Assembly: GCA_964644245.1 (NCBI GenBank)
Contig: CAZXUR010000003.1
Coordinates: forward strand, 16,585-80,584
Reading direction: 5' to 3'
Length of the DNA stretch: 64,000 nt
Source: an uncultured archaeon
GTDB taxonomy: Archaea; Aenigmatarchaeota; Aenigmatarchaeia; CAZXUR01
Below the pieces are notes generated by a model. It worked only from the letters and a program-made list of their open reading frames with translations. It made no database searches and was not told the DNA's origin. The position numbers were made by a program, and so were the translations under genes. Shown piece by piece: positions 28,623 through 37,970 of the stretch. Within the stretch, counting starts at the first letter, position 1. Every line of letters starts with the position of its first letter.

Positions 28623-30284
28623 ATGTCAGTTGATGAATTAATCAGAAAGAAAGTCCTCCTGAACGCAGTCACTTTTAAAGGAAAGGCTAAAATAAAGTCT
28701 GTAATGGGCAAAATATTGTCTGAAAAGCCTGAAATGCGCTCCCAAGTGCAAATTCTCAGGAGCAAGGTCAGCAAAGAGGTCGAGAAGGTCAACAAGATGT
28801 CCTTGAGTGACCAGAAGAAGGAATTGAAAGAACTGGGGGGTGTGGTGAAGAGGAGGCGGAAGAAGCAGGAGAAGAAATTGCCGCCACTGCACAACGTGAA
28901 GGGAGACGTGGTACTCAGGTTTGCTCCCAATCCCAACACCCCGCTGCACATAGGCCACGCGCGTCAGGCAGTACTCAACTGGTTTTACAAGAAGAAGTAC
29001 CACGGTACCTACATACTCAGGTACGACGACACCGACCCCAAGAGGAAGGTGCCGCTTAAAGAGGCCTATGACATGATACTGGAAGAGCTGGAGTGGCTGG
29101 GGATAAAGCCCGACCGTGTGGAAAGAGCGTCCAAGAGGCTGAAAACCTACTACAAATATTTCGAAGACCTGATAAAGGAGGGACATGTCTATGTTTGCAC
29201 ATGCGAACCGGAGAAATGGAGGAGTCTTAAAGAGGACGAAAAGCCTTGCCCCTGCCGGGGAGAGTCTCCCAGGAAGCAGATGAACAAGTGGAAGAAGATG
29301 AAGAAGCACAAGTTCAAGGAACGTGAGGCCATAGGCGTGGTCAAGACCGACCTGGAGGAAAATAATCCTGCTATCAGGGAATGGGTGGCATTCCGCATAG
29401 TCGACAAACCCAAGCACCCGTTCGTGAAGAGGAAGTACGTGTGGCCCACACTCAACTTCCAGTCAGCCATAGACGACCACGAGTTCGGGATTACGCACGT
29501 AATAAGGGGGACGGACCTCAAGGACTCAGAGGACAAGCAGGAATATCTCTACGAATACTTGGGATGGGACATGCCCGAGACCATGTACTGCGGGATGTTC
29601 GCCCTGGGCGGAGTTGAGATGTCCTCAAGCATCATAAAAAGAGGAATTGAGGACAAGAAGTTCAGGGGATGGCACGATCCCAGGCTGGGAACACTGGAAG
29701 CCCTCAAGAAGAGGGGATTCTCTCCCAAGGCTATAAGAGAACTGATCAGGTATATAGGTCCTAAACCACAGGACATAACCATTTCAGAAGAGAACCTCTA
29801 CGCCTACAACCGAAAGGAGATAGACTTCACTTCCAACCGTTACTTCTTCGTGGAAAACCCGGTGAAGATAAAGGTGAAGAAGCCTCCCAAGAAGGGCCGT
29901 GTGAGGCTGCCTTTGCATCCGGATGACAAGGGCAGGGGGACCAGGAAGCTTTCGGTCAGCACGTCCTTCTACATCTCCAAAAAAGACTTCCAGCGTCTCA
30001 AGGGAGTGGAGATAAGGCTGAAGGAACTGTACAACATCCGTCTGGGAAAGACATCCAAGTACACTTCCAAGAAACTCAAGAACATACCCAAGATACACTG
30101 GGTGCCCCTGAAGCATGTTGACATGCAGGTGGTGATGCCGGACGCATCAAAAGCCAGGGGATACGGGGAGATTGACCTGAAGAAGACCAATCCTGACGAT
30201 GTGCTTCAGCTGGAAAGGTTCGGTTTCGTGAGAATAGACTCGGTAAGGAAGAACAAGGTAGTCGCCTACTTCACACACCCTTAA
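28623..30284 (+). CDS. gltX: glutamyl-tRNA synthetase (archaeal, probably non-discriminating)
   Basis: 553 aa; RFAPNPNTPLHIGHARQA HIGH region of the GluRS/GlnRS family. Confidence 0.9.
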   Translation: MSVDELIRKKVLLNAVTFKGKAKIKSVMGKILSEKPEMRSQVQILRSKVSKEVEKVNKMSLSDQKKELKELGGVVKRRRKKQEKKLPPLHNVKGDVVLRFAPNPNTPLHIGHARQAVLNWFYKKKYHGTYILRYDDTDPKRKVPLKEAYDMILEELEWLGIKPDRVERASKRLKTYYKYFEDLIKEGHVYVCTCEPEKWRSLKEDEKPCPCRGESPRKQMNKWKKMKKHKFKEREAIGVVKTDLEENNPAIREWVAFRIVDKPKHPFVKRKYVWPTLNFQSAIDDHEFGITHVIRGTDLKDSEDKQEYLYEYLGWDMPETMYCGMFALGGVEMSSSIIKRGIEDKKFRGWHDPRLGTLEALKKRGFSPKAIRELIRYIGPKPQDITISEENLYAYNRKEIDFTSNRYFFVENPVKIKVKKPPKKGRVRLPLHPDDKGRGTRKLSVSTSFYISKKDFQRLKGVEIRLKELYNIRLGKTSKYTSKKLKNIPKIHWVPLKHVDMQVVMPDASKARGYGEIDLKKTNPDDVLQLERFGFVRIDSVRKNKVVAYFTHP

Positions 30285-30316
30285 AACTTCTTATATCCGC
30301 ATCCATAATCTATTCC

Positions 30317-31219
30317 ATGTTGTTTCAGTTTCTCTTGCTCATAGCCGGTTTTGCCATACTGGTCAAGTCATCGGACTACTTCATAGAGTCGGTGGTCTCC
30401 ATGGCCAGATGGCTAGAGGTCAGCGAGTTCTTCATAGGAGTGACCGTGGTGTCCATAGGCACTTCACTTCCGGAACTGGGAACTGCGTTCTTCGCCCTGT
30501 TACACCTTTCGCCGGGTCTGGTGATGGGAAACGTAGTGGGTGCGAACATAGTTGCCATGAGTCTGGTGGTGGGAGTGATAGCAATCATGACCGGCCTTAT
30601 GGTGCAGAGGGACATACTCAACTACGACCTCCCGGCTTTGGTTTCCATATCATTCCTCTTCTGGCTGTTCTCCACCGGCGGTTCCATAAACTGGCTGGAA
30701 GGCCTGATGTTCCTGGTGGTCTACTTTGCATACACGATTAGCATAGGAGAGAAGAGGATGGAGGTCGTGCACAGCAAGATATTCGAGAAGAGAAAGATGG
30801 TCTACCTGGTGATTTCACTGGTGGGAATAATCGTAGGTGCAGAGATGGTGGTCAGTTCTGCACTAGGAATATCCGAGTTTCTGGGCATGTCTGCAACTGT
30901 GGTCGGCCTGACCATAGTTTCCATGGGCACCACCCTTCCCGAGTTGATGGTCTCTTTCATGTCCGTGTGGAAAGGAGAGAAAGAACTTGCTTTGGGCAAC
31001 ATAACCGGCTCGGTCCTTTTCAACCTCTGCGTGGTGCTGGGACTTTCGGCACTGTTCATGGACATACCCACGGGAGAAATCATAACCACAGTTTCATTCC
31101 CCGTGATGGTGGGGCTGACACTCATACTCGGAGTCATGGCCATGGACAAGAACATAACCCGCTTCGATGGGATAGTCCTTCTGGCCATCTATTTCGGGTT
31201 CCTGGGCATAATACTATGA
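30317..31219 (+). CDS. Na+/Ca2+ exchanger family (CaCA, YrbG-like)
   Basis: 300 aa; two GTSLPEL/GTTLPEL alpha-repeat motifs, about 10 TM helices. Confidence 0.85.
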   Translation: MLFQFLLLIAGFAILVKSSDYFIESVVSMARWLEVSEFFIGVTVVSIGTSLPELGTAFFALLHLSPGLVMGNVVGANIVAMSLVVGVIAIMTGLMVQRDILNYDLPALVSISFLFWLFSTGGSINWLEGLMFLVVYFAYTISIGEKRMEVVHSKIFEKRKMVYLVISLVGIIVGAEMVVSSALGISEFLGMSATVVGLTIVSMGTTLPELMVSFMSVWKGEKELALGNITGSVLFNLCVVLGLSALFMDIPTGEIITTVSFPVMVGLTLILGVMAMDKNITRFDGIVLLAIYFGFLGIIL

Positions 31220-32167
31220 CCAGGTGACTTCAACTTGGTCGGTCCTCCACCTGGGCCTTATGTCCAGGTCTGAAGAACATTCAGCCAGAGAGCCCAGGTA
31301 AGCAATCATCACCGGGTTGTCCCCGGAGTATTTTTGGGGAACTATATACATGTCCGCTCCCCGCTCCTCGCACATCTTTCCCATCATTTCCCGTAGCCGC
31401 TGGTTGGCAGCGACTCCCCCCACCACCAGTACTTCCTGTTTCCCGGTGTGGGCCAGAGCGCGTTCCACCACCTCTGTGAGCATGGAGAAGCAGTGCTCTT
31501 GAAGGGAGAAACAGACGTTTTCCACTTTCTCCCCTTTCTTTACCCGGTTGGTGGCTTCGGTCACTATGCCTGAGAATGACAGATCCATGCCCTTGACCAC
31601 GTAGGGAAGCGGGATGTAAGAGCCTTCCTTTGCCTTTTTCTCCACTTCCGGTGCTCCTGGGTAGGGAATTCCTATGCTCCTGGCAAACGTGTCCAGTGCG
31701 TTCCCCACTGATATGTCCTCTGTTTCACCGAATATCCTGTACCTTCCAGAGGCCAGTCCCAGGACCTGGGTGTTACCGCCAGAGACGAACAGCACTATGG
31801 GGTCCTCAGATTTGGTGAGCAGTTTTCCTATCTCTATGTGAGCCACGCAGTGGTTGACCCCCACCACTGGCTTTTTGTGCTCCTTCTTCAAATCCAGTGC
31901 CAGTTCCTTTCCCACACTCAGGCAGGGGGGGAGTCCGGGCCCCTGAGAAAAGGCTATCCTTTCCACCTGCTCCCAGTCTATATTCTTCTCCGCTTTATTC
32001 AGTAGTTCGTCCTTCACCTCGCGATGGTGCTTGGCCACTTCTATGGGCACCATGCCCAAGAATTCTCCTTCCGGCTTGTAGGAATCCCGCTCGTCCAGTA
32101 CTATGTCCCCGTTTTCCACACCACCGATGCCCAGTGTGTGAGCGGTGGACTCAATGCCCAATATCAT
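31214..32167 (-). CDS. kae1: tRNA N6-threonylcarbamoyladenosine synthase Kae1 (KEOPS), not fused to Bud32
   Basis: 317 aa; ASKHA-fold Kae1/TsaD motifs including GVNHCVAH and SGG; ends without a kinase domain. Confidence 0.9.
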   Translation of the reverse strand: MILGIESTAHTLGIGGVENGDIVLDERDSYKPEGEFLGMVPIEVAKHHREVKDELLNKAEKNIDWEQVERIAFSQGPGLPPCLSVGKELALDLKKEHKKPVVGVNHCVAHIEIGKLLTKSEDPIVLFVSGGNTQVLGLASGRYRIFGETEDISVGNALDTFARSIGIPYPGAPEVEKKAKEGSYIPLPYVVKGMDLSFSGIVTEATNRVKKGEKVENVCFSLQEHCFSMLTEVVERALAHTGKQEVLVVGGVAANQRLREMMGKMCEERGADMYIVPQKYSGDNPVMIAYLGSLAECSSDLDIRPRWRTDQVEVTWS

Positions 32168-32168
32168 T

Positions 32169-32861
32169 TCAATCCCTCTTTCTGATTACGTCCGGTATGA
32201 GGTCTATGTCTCCCCTGACCACTGCCAGGTCTCCGGTCCCGTTCTTGGCCTTCAGCTCCTGGTCTATAGACAGCTGTCGCATGATATATCTTTTAGGATT
32301 AAACACTATGGCAAAACCGCTCTCCTTGAACATGGGAACGTCCGACAAACCGTCACCCACGCACGCGACTTCGTCTTTTTCCAATTCATGTTCATCCATG
32401 ATTTCCTTGATAACCTTTCCCTTTCCCTCTTCGAAGACGGTTCCTTTAACTTCTCCGGTGGCCTTCCCGTCCTCTACCACGAACTCACCCGCATGTATCT
32501 CTTCGAACATGTTAAGGACTTGATTCTTCTTGAGCACGTGCTTTATGAGCCTCTCGTCGTTGACCGAAACAATCGTCAGTTTCCTCCCGTCCTTCTTCAG
32601 TTCTTTTAAACACTCCTCGCACCCTTTGGAGAGCTCAAGCTTTCCTGCCATCTCTCTTACCTTTGACTCTTCCATGCCCCTGGCAAGTCTGGCTCCCTGC
32701 ACCACTATGTCCGAGAGCCGGTCGGGGTCTTTACGCTTCAATATAAAACGGGTCAGCATGCGGAGTTTCTCTAACTTGCCGCGGAAGTCTCCGCCCAACA
32801 CGTCTGATATATTGCCGTCTATTATGACGTCGTCGAAATCAAAGCATACCACTTTATACAT
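32169..32861 (-). CDS. HAD-superfamily hydrolase, phosphoserine-phosphatase-like
   Basis: 230 aa; DFDDV motif I and CVGDGLSDVPMFKESGFAIVFNPK motif III/IV. Confidence 0.75.
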   Translation of the reverse strand: MYKVVCFDFDDVIIDGNISDVLGGDFRGKLEKLRMLTRFILKRKDPDRLSDIVVQGARLARGMEESKVREMAGKLELSKGCEECLKELKKDGRKLTIVSVNDERLIKHVLKKNQVLNMFEEIHAGEFVVEDGKATGEVKGTVFEEGKGKVIKEIMDEHELEKDEVACVGDGLSDVPMFKESGFAIVFNPKRYIMRQLSIDQELKAKNGTGDLAVVRGDIDLIPDVIRKRD

Positions 32862-32876
32862 TCCGCATCAAACAAG

Positions 32877-33212
32877 TTACTTTTTCTTTATCTCAGCGTA
32901 TCCGCACTTGCCGCAGTACACACGATTGTCTGCCTCAGCCAGAAAAGTTCCCATTCCACACCTGGGGCAGGCCTTCCCTTTCCTTACGACTTTTCCCTCA
33001 GAAACTTGGTACTTCTTCCATATCTGGACTTTAGAATGTTTCTTTTTAGAAATGGCGCGGTCCTTCCGACTCTTCTTCTCTTTTTTCGCTTTCTTTACAG
33101 TACCGGCTCCCACTTTCTTTTCTTCCGGTTTGGGCTTCTCTTCAGAGGCCTTTTCACCCTCTGTTCCCTTTTGCGGGGTTTTCTTGTCTTCCTTTTCTTC
33201 AGGCATATGCAC
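32877..33212 (-). CDS. rps27ae: ribosomal protein S27ae (eS31) with Lys-rich N-terminal extension
   Basis: C-terminal CPRCGMGTFLAEADNRVYCGKCGY zinc ribbon preceded by about 55 aa of K/E-rich low complexity. Confidence 0.85.
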   Translation of the reverse strand: MHMPEEKEDKKTPQKGTEGEKASEEKPKPEEKKVGAGTVKKAKKEKKSRKDRAISKKKHSKVQIWKKYQVSEGKVVRKGKACPRCGMGTFLAEADNRVYCGKCGYAEIKKK

Positions 33213-33254
33213 TACCTATAAGGTAAGTATATAAAACTTAACCACTTAAAAACA

Positions 33255-34163
33255 TTGGTTTTTATGGACGTGCTGGTCACCGGCGGTGCCGGGTTCATCG
33301 GTTCCAACCTCACAGAGGCTCTGGTGGACAAGCACCGTGTCACAATTCTGGACGACCTTTCGCTGGGCACTGAGGACAACCTGTCCTCGGTCCTCAAGTC
33401 TGTGGAACTGGTTGAGGGCAGCATCCTTGACGAAAAGACCGTGTCAAAGGCGGTGAGGGGCAAAGACATCGTTTTCCACTAGGCAGCCGCTTCCTCCTCC
33501 CCCATGTTCACAAAGGACCTGAAGAAGGCTGTTTCCACCAACGTAATCGGATTTGTAAACCTCTTGGAAGCCTGCCGGGAAAACCGTGTCAAGAAGATTA
33601 TATTCGCCTCTTCTTCTTCCATATACGGGAACAACCCGATACCTTTGAGGGAGGACCAGAAAGTCTCGCCCCCCAACTTCTACGCATCGACAAAACTAGC
33701 CATGGAGCATCTCGCCGAAAACTTCTCATTGAACTATGATTTGCCTTGGGTCGGCTTCCGCTACATGTCCGTATACGGACCTCATGAAAAGGCAAAGGGC
33801 AAGTTCGCCAATCTGGTTTCCCAGTTCCTGTGGAAGGTCAGGGAAGGCAAGAGCCCGGAGATATACGGGGACGGTGAACAGAAGAGGGACTTCACGTACG
33901 TGAGAGACGTGGTAAAGGCCAACCTACTGGCCATGGAAAAGGGCGGGGGTGTCTTCAACCTCGGCTCGGGTGACAACTACTCTCTGAACGAACTGGTGTC
34001 AGTGCTCAACAACCTTCTGGACAAAGCTGTGAAGCCCAAATATGTGGAGAACCCCATCAAAGGATACATCTACGACCAGCTGGCAGACTTGACCAAAGTC
34101 AAGAAAGAGTTGGGCTACGAACCGGAGTACAGTTTGGAAGATGGTATCAAGGACATGCTCTAG
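33255..34163 (+). pseudogene. NAD-dependent epimerase/dehydratase (UDP-glucose 4-epimerase-like) interrupted by an in-frame TAG at 33480-33482
   Basis: ORFs 33255-33482 (VLVTGGAGFIGSNL...DIVFH*) and 33504-34163 (...YASTK...) are in the same frame; the TAG sits where epimerases have the conserved VFH-L-AA residue. Confidence 0.7.
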
Positions 34164-34306
34164 TCTTCTGTCAGACTTTTGACTGTTTCTCTCATCTCTT
34201 TTGTGTATTCCTCGTTTTTAGAGTAAAGCAGTGAAGTAGCTCTTTCTATTACCTTTGTAAAAACATCCTTTTCAACCGGATATCTCCTTATCTTGACCAT
34301 GCCCAT

Positions 34307-34864
34307 TCACTTGTTCTTCTTGTCCTCTTTATCTTCTGGTTTTTGTTTGGTTTCTTTCTCAGTAGTCTTGCCTTCTTCCTTCTTCTGTTCTCCTGTCTTT
34401 TCCTTCTCTTCACCTTTGGGTTTCTTGCCCTCTTCTTTCTTTTCCCCTGACTTATCCTTCTCTTCGCCTTTGGTTTTCTTACCTTTCTCTTTCTTTTCCT
34501 TGGACTCCTTCTCTTCCTTCTTCCCTTTCTCAGGCTTCTGCTCTTCTTTCTCTTCCTTTTTTCCCTCAGGCTTTTTCTCTTCCTTCTTCTGTTCTCCTTC
34601 CTTTTTCTCCTTGATTTCTTTCTCCAGGTCGGGAACCTTTTTCTTGTCCCATACGTAGACCTTTACAACGGACTTCGGGACACCCTGGCCGGAACGGACG
34701 GAGACTATTTCCGTGTGTTCCACTTTGGACTTCAGTTCCTTGGAAGCGACTTTCTGCAGAGCCGCGGCTGAGGGAGTGGGCTCTCCCTGGTGCTCGACCT
34801 CTGCTTCCACTTCTTTCCTTTTCAGGAATTTGTTCTTCTTTTTGTCAATGACTTTGAACTTCAT
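34307..34864 (-). CDS. rps24e: ribosomal protein S24e (eS24) with about 110-aa Lys/Glu-rich C-terminal tail
   Basis: N-terminal MKFKVIDKKKNKFLKRKEVEAEVEHQGEPTPS matches S24e; residues about 75-185 are a KEEK-type low-complexity repeat. Confidence 0.85.
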   Translation of the reverse strand: MKFKVIDKKKNKFLKRKEVEAEVEHQGEPTPSAAALQKVASKELKSKVEHTEIVSVRSGQGVPKSVVKVYVWDKKKVPDLEKEIKEKKEGEQKKEEKKPEGKKEEKEEQKPEKGKKEEKESKEKKEKGKKTKGEEKDKSGEKKEEGKKPKGEEKEKTGEQKKEEGKTTEKETKQKPEDKEDKKNK

Positions 34865-34866
34865 TT

Positions 34867-35043
34867 TTACACCCTCAAAGCGTACTTCCCCGGAGAGGTT
34901 ATGTCCAGTTTCTTTGCTATCTCAGAGTCAGAGTCGAATATCACTATGGTCCCCTGCCAGGAGGTAGTGGTGTTCTTGGTCTTGCAGACCGGACACTCAG
35001 TACCTTTCACAATTCGCTTGCAGTCTCTGCATGCTCTTTCCAT
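34867..35043 (-). CDS. spt4: transcription elongation factor Spt4 (RpoE'')
   Basis: Manual translation MERACRDCKRIVKGTECPVCKTKNTTTSWQGTIVIFDSDSEIAKKLDITSPGKYALRV (58 aa) with zinc ribbon CxxC...CxxC; below the track cutoff. Confidence 0.8.
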   Translation of the reverse strand: MERACRDCKRIVKGTECPVCKTKNTTTSWQGTIVIFDSDSEIAKKLDITSPGKYALRV

Positions 35044-35048
35044 TTAAA

Positions 35049-35624
35049 TCACTTCTTCTTTCCTTTCTTGCCCTTTTTCCCGGATTTCTTCTCTGACTTT
35101 ATCCAGGAAAGTGCTCCCAGACAAGACTGTCTCATGGTCAAAGTAATCTTGGTCTTTGCCTCACCGAGGCTCACTCCGGATATCCTGGCTCTCACCACGT
35201 CCCCTTCCTTCAGTTTCTTCTTCCTGTCTCTTCCGGCTAGGATGGCGTTCTTGGGGTCGTAGTTGACCTTGTCATCCATTATCTGTGAGACGTGCACCAG
35301 TCCGTCCAGAGGACCTAAACGCACGAAGGCACCGAACTCTGTGAGGTCCACGATTTCTCCCTCAAACATTTCGTCTTCCACCGGCAAGTATGTCATTACT
35401 TTGTACTTGCAGGGGTAGTGTATGGAACCGTCCTCGGGAAGGATTTTGCCCTCTCCCACGTCCAGCACTTCGGTGACCGCCAGGAACACACCATGATTGG
35501 CATCAGTGGAGCCTTCCAGAGTTTCCCTCAGACTCTCGACTACAGCTTCCTTTACATCCATGTCGAACTTACTGGGAGGAACCCTCACCTTGTCCTGTAC
35601 GGTCAGCATCTTGTACATGTTCAC
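35049..35624 (-). CDS. rpoE: DNA-directed RNA polymerase subunit E' (Rpb7 homologue, S1 domain)
   Basis: 191 aa; Rpb7-like N-domain and S1 domain, Lys-rich C-terminus; classic position upstream of spt4. Confidence 0.9.
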   Translation of the reverse strand: MNMYKMLTVQDKVRVPPSKFDMDVKEAVVESLRETLEGSTDANHGVFLAVTEVLDVGEGKILPEDGSIHYPCKYKVMTYLPVEDEMFEGEIVDLTEFGAFVRLGPLDGLVHVSQIMDDKVNYDPKNAILAGRDRKKKLKEGDVVRARISGVSLGEAKTKITLTMRQSCLGALSWIKSEKKSGKKGKKGKKK

Positions 35625-35938
35625 GCCTCGACTAAGTATCTTCTTTGCCTAAGCCTTAAAACCTTAATATTTTTCTCCTTAAGCCTTTTTATAAGTTCCT
35701 TGTCATTGGTGGCAACCGGCAGCCCTTCCTCGGATGCATATTCTACTATGGCATCGTCGGCAGGCAGGTCTGAATCGATGACTTTTACCTTTTTGTCCAC
35801 AAATTTAAGAGCCAGGCGCGACTCTTTGGTGTCCAGGTTTGCCAGTTCCTTGACACAGGGCAGCATAGTCTTCAACTTCCCCTGAACTCGTACATTATTC
35901 TTTACGATTTCTATGAGCATGTTGGTGTCCACTATCAT
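35621..35938 (-). CDS. PIN-domain protein (COG1412/Fcf1-like) of the conserved aIF2g cluster
   Basis: Starts MIVDTNMLIEI (ATGA overlap with the aIF2-gamma stop); acidic PIN residues D..E..D..D. Confidence 0.7.
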   Translation of the reverse strand: MIVDTNMLIEIVKNNVRVQGKLKTMLPCVKELANLDTKESRLALKFVDKKVKVIDSDLPADDAIVEYASEEGLPVATNDKELIKRLKEKNIKVLRLRQRRYLVEA

Positions 35939-37143
35939 TTGACCACTCCGTACCCTATTAGTCTCCACCGGTTTTGAATCATCTTTGATAGTGCTACCTT
36001 CCTGCCCTTTTCCGAGCAGATGGGCTGTTGGGAGGATACCTCTATGTCCTTGGGCCTGGCAGAGGTGATTGTTGCCACCGCCTTGCCAGTGCCTGAAGCG
36101 ATGAGTATGCGTTCGCCGGTCTTCAGTTTTTCCACCTTTATGGCCTTCTTCAGTCCTATGACCCTCTTCATTAGTTGTATGTCAAGAGTAATGGTCTTGG
36201 AGAATTTGGGCATCTTTCCTGGCAGGCCGAGGAAGTTTCCGCCCAGTCCGTCGGACTTGGCCAGTCTGGGGTCCAGGTTGGTCATCAGTCCCAGAAGTCC
36301 TCCGGGCTCTGCCTCCTTTACCGATTCTCCACCCTTTTCCAGCCCGACAATCTCTGTCTGAAGAGGCTTCCACTCGTCTCCCTTGACTCCCGGCCTTATT
36401 TCCACTTTCTGTCCCACGGACAGTTTTCCCTGTACGAGGCTGCCTCCGATTATCCCTCCCTTCACGTTCTTTGCCTTGGTGCCGGGCTTGTTAACATCGA
36501 AACTCCTGGCCACCAGAAGCAGCGGATCCTTGCTGGGGTCCCGTTTGGGAGTGGGGATTTCTTTTTCTAAGGCTTCCAAGAGAACGTCTATGTTAACCTT
36601 GTTCTGCGCGGATATGGGTATTACCGGTGCGCCCTCTGCCACCGTTCCCTCGACGAATTCCTTGATTTGCTCATGGTTCTTCTTGGCCTGTTCTTCTGTC
36701 ACCAGGTCAAGTTTGGTCTGGGCTATCACTATGTTGTCTATGCCCATGATGTCCAGGACCATCAGGTGCTCACGGGTCTGTGGCTGGGGACACGGTTCGT
36801 TGGCAGCGACCAGCAGGAGAGCCCCGTCTATGAGCGCGGAACCAGACAGGACAGTGGCCATCAGTGCTTCGTGTCCCGGTGAATCTACAAGGCTCAGTGC
36901 TCTCACCGGTTTGCAGTCCTTGAAGCATTTGGGACACTTCTTGGTGACGGAGAAACCGCACTTGGGGCAGCGGTACACAGTAACGTCTGCGTAACCAAGT
37001 CTTATAGTGATGCCTCTCTTCATCTCTTCCGAATGGGTGTCAGCCCATTTGCCGCTCAGGGCTTCGGTCAGAGTGGTCTTCCCGTGGTCCACGTGTCCGA
37101 GCAGACCTATGTTAACTTCTGGTACCAGTTTGTCCTTGCTCAT
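35935..37143 (-). CDS. eif2g: translation initiation factor aIF2 gamma subunit
   Basis: GTPase G1 GHVDHGKTT, zinc ribbon CPKCG..CPKC, domains II/III; probable start MSKDKLVPEVNIG (the track ORF adds 6 aa). Confidence 0.9.
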   Translation of the reverse strand: MSKDKLVPEVNIGLLGHVDHGKTTLTEALSGKWADTHSEEMKRGITIRLGYADVTVYRCPKCGFSVTKKCPKCFKDCKPVRALSLVDSPGHEALMATVLSGSALIDGALLLVAANEPCPQPQTREHLMVLDIMGIDNIVIAQTKLDLVTEEQAKKNHEQIKEFVEGTVAEGAPVIPISAQNKVNIDVLLEALEKEIPTPKRDPSKDPLLLVARSFDVNKPGTKAKNVKGGIIGGSLVQGKLSVGQKVEIRPGVKGDEWKPLQTEIVGLEKGGESVKEAEPGGLLGLMTNLDPRLAKSDGLGGNFLGLPGKMPKFSKTITLDIQLMKRVIGLKKAIKVEKLKTGERILIASGTGKAVATITSARPKDIEVSSQQPICSEKGRKVALSKMIQNRWRLIGYGVVK

Positions 37144-37170
37144 CCAATCACCTATGTACACTTGTATACG

Positions 37171-37695
37171 TTATTCATGGTCTCCTTTCTTTTCTCCAGA
37201 CGGTTTTCCCTTCTCTCCCTTTTCCTCGGGCTTCTTCTCGGTTTTCTCCGATTTTTCTTCTTTCTCAGGCTTCTGCTTCTCTTTCTTCTCAGGTTTCTCC
37301 TCTTCCTTGGATTCTTCCTCGCCTTCTTTCTTTATTTCATCGCCCAGCAGTTCTTTGACAGACTTCTTGCCTTTCTTAACCACTTTGGTGTTCAGCTGTG
37401 CGATGTCGCTTGAGACTTGGTTTCCCCTGATACCCTTCTTTATCCTTACTCCCTCTCCGGGAGCGTCCAGTCCGGTGCCTTCCGTGAGCATTATTTTCTT
37501 TCTCCCAGTTCCACTCACGTCTCTGCGCATCGGGAATCCGTCCTCGTCCGAACCACCGGTTATCACCAGTTCGTACCCGGACAGTCCAAAGACGGACCCG
37601 TCTATCACGTCACCGATTTTCTTGTTGGTCAGCGGGCCTATACCTTTCTCTATCTGAACCGATTCTTTACCGTCTGAGATAACTATTTTTGTCAT
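37171..37695 (-). CDS. rps6e: ribosomal protein S6e (eS6) with Lys/Glu-rich C-terminal tail
   Basis: N-terminal 110 aa matches S6e (GDVIDGSVFGLSGYELVITGGSDEDGFPMRRDV); C-terminal about 60 aa KE-rich low complexity. Confidence 0.85.
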   Translation of the reverse strand: MTKIVISDGKESVQIEKGIGPLTNKKIGDVIDGSVFGLSGYELVITGGSDEDGFPMRRDVSGTGRKKIMLTEGTGLDAPGEGVRIKKGIRGNQVSSDIAQLNTKVVKKGKKSVKELLGDEIKKEGEEESKEEEKPEKKEKQKPEKEEKSEKTEKKPEEKGEKGKPSGEKKGDHE

Positions 37696-37735
37696 TCAAT
37701 CACCCCAGTTTTAAAGCCGGGTTTTACAACCCTGA

Positions 37736-37894
37736 TTAATCTTCGCAGTTAGGTTTATAAACCTTTTCTCTTTCTTCTTCACGCTTTTCCATGAGTCCCA
37801 AGTCAGCCCATTCCTTCAGCGGGCTGGTGGCTATGAGCAATTCTTCCACCGCGTTCCCAGCTTTTCTCATGTACTTTCTAAGAAACACCTTCAT
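37736..37894 (-). CDS. possible small ORF (52 aa) upstream of rps6e
   Basis: Manual translation MKVFLRKYMRKAGNAVEELLIATSPLKEWADLGLMEKREEEREKVYKPNCED; no homology recognised; may be spurious. Confidence 0.2.
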   Translation of the reverse strand: MKVFLRKYMRKAGNAVEELLIATSPLKEWADLGLMEKREEEREKVYKPNCED

Positions 37895-37970
37895 GATAAC
37901 TATCTGGGGGCAATAGAATTTATCTCTATCGTTTGGAAAAGTTATTTATTCCCCCTGTCTAACTATTTCT

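Noticed and set aside
33480-33482. In-frame TAG as evidence of genetic-code reassignment (pyrrolysine/amber decoding)
   Set aside because: TAG terminates several clearly complete genes in the same window (cca, rpoP, trm5/taw2, dcd, rps8e, the OB-fold gene). A nonsense mutation or assembly error is more parsimonious.
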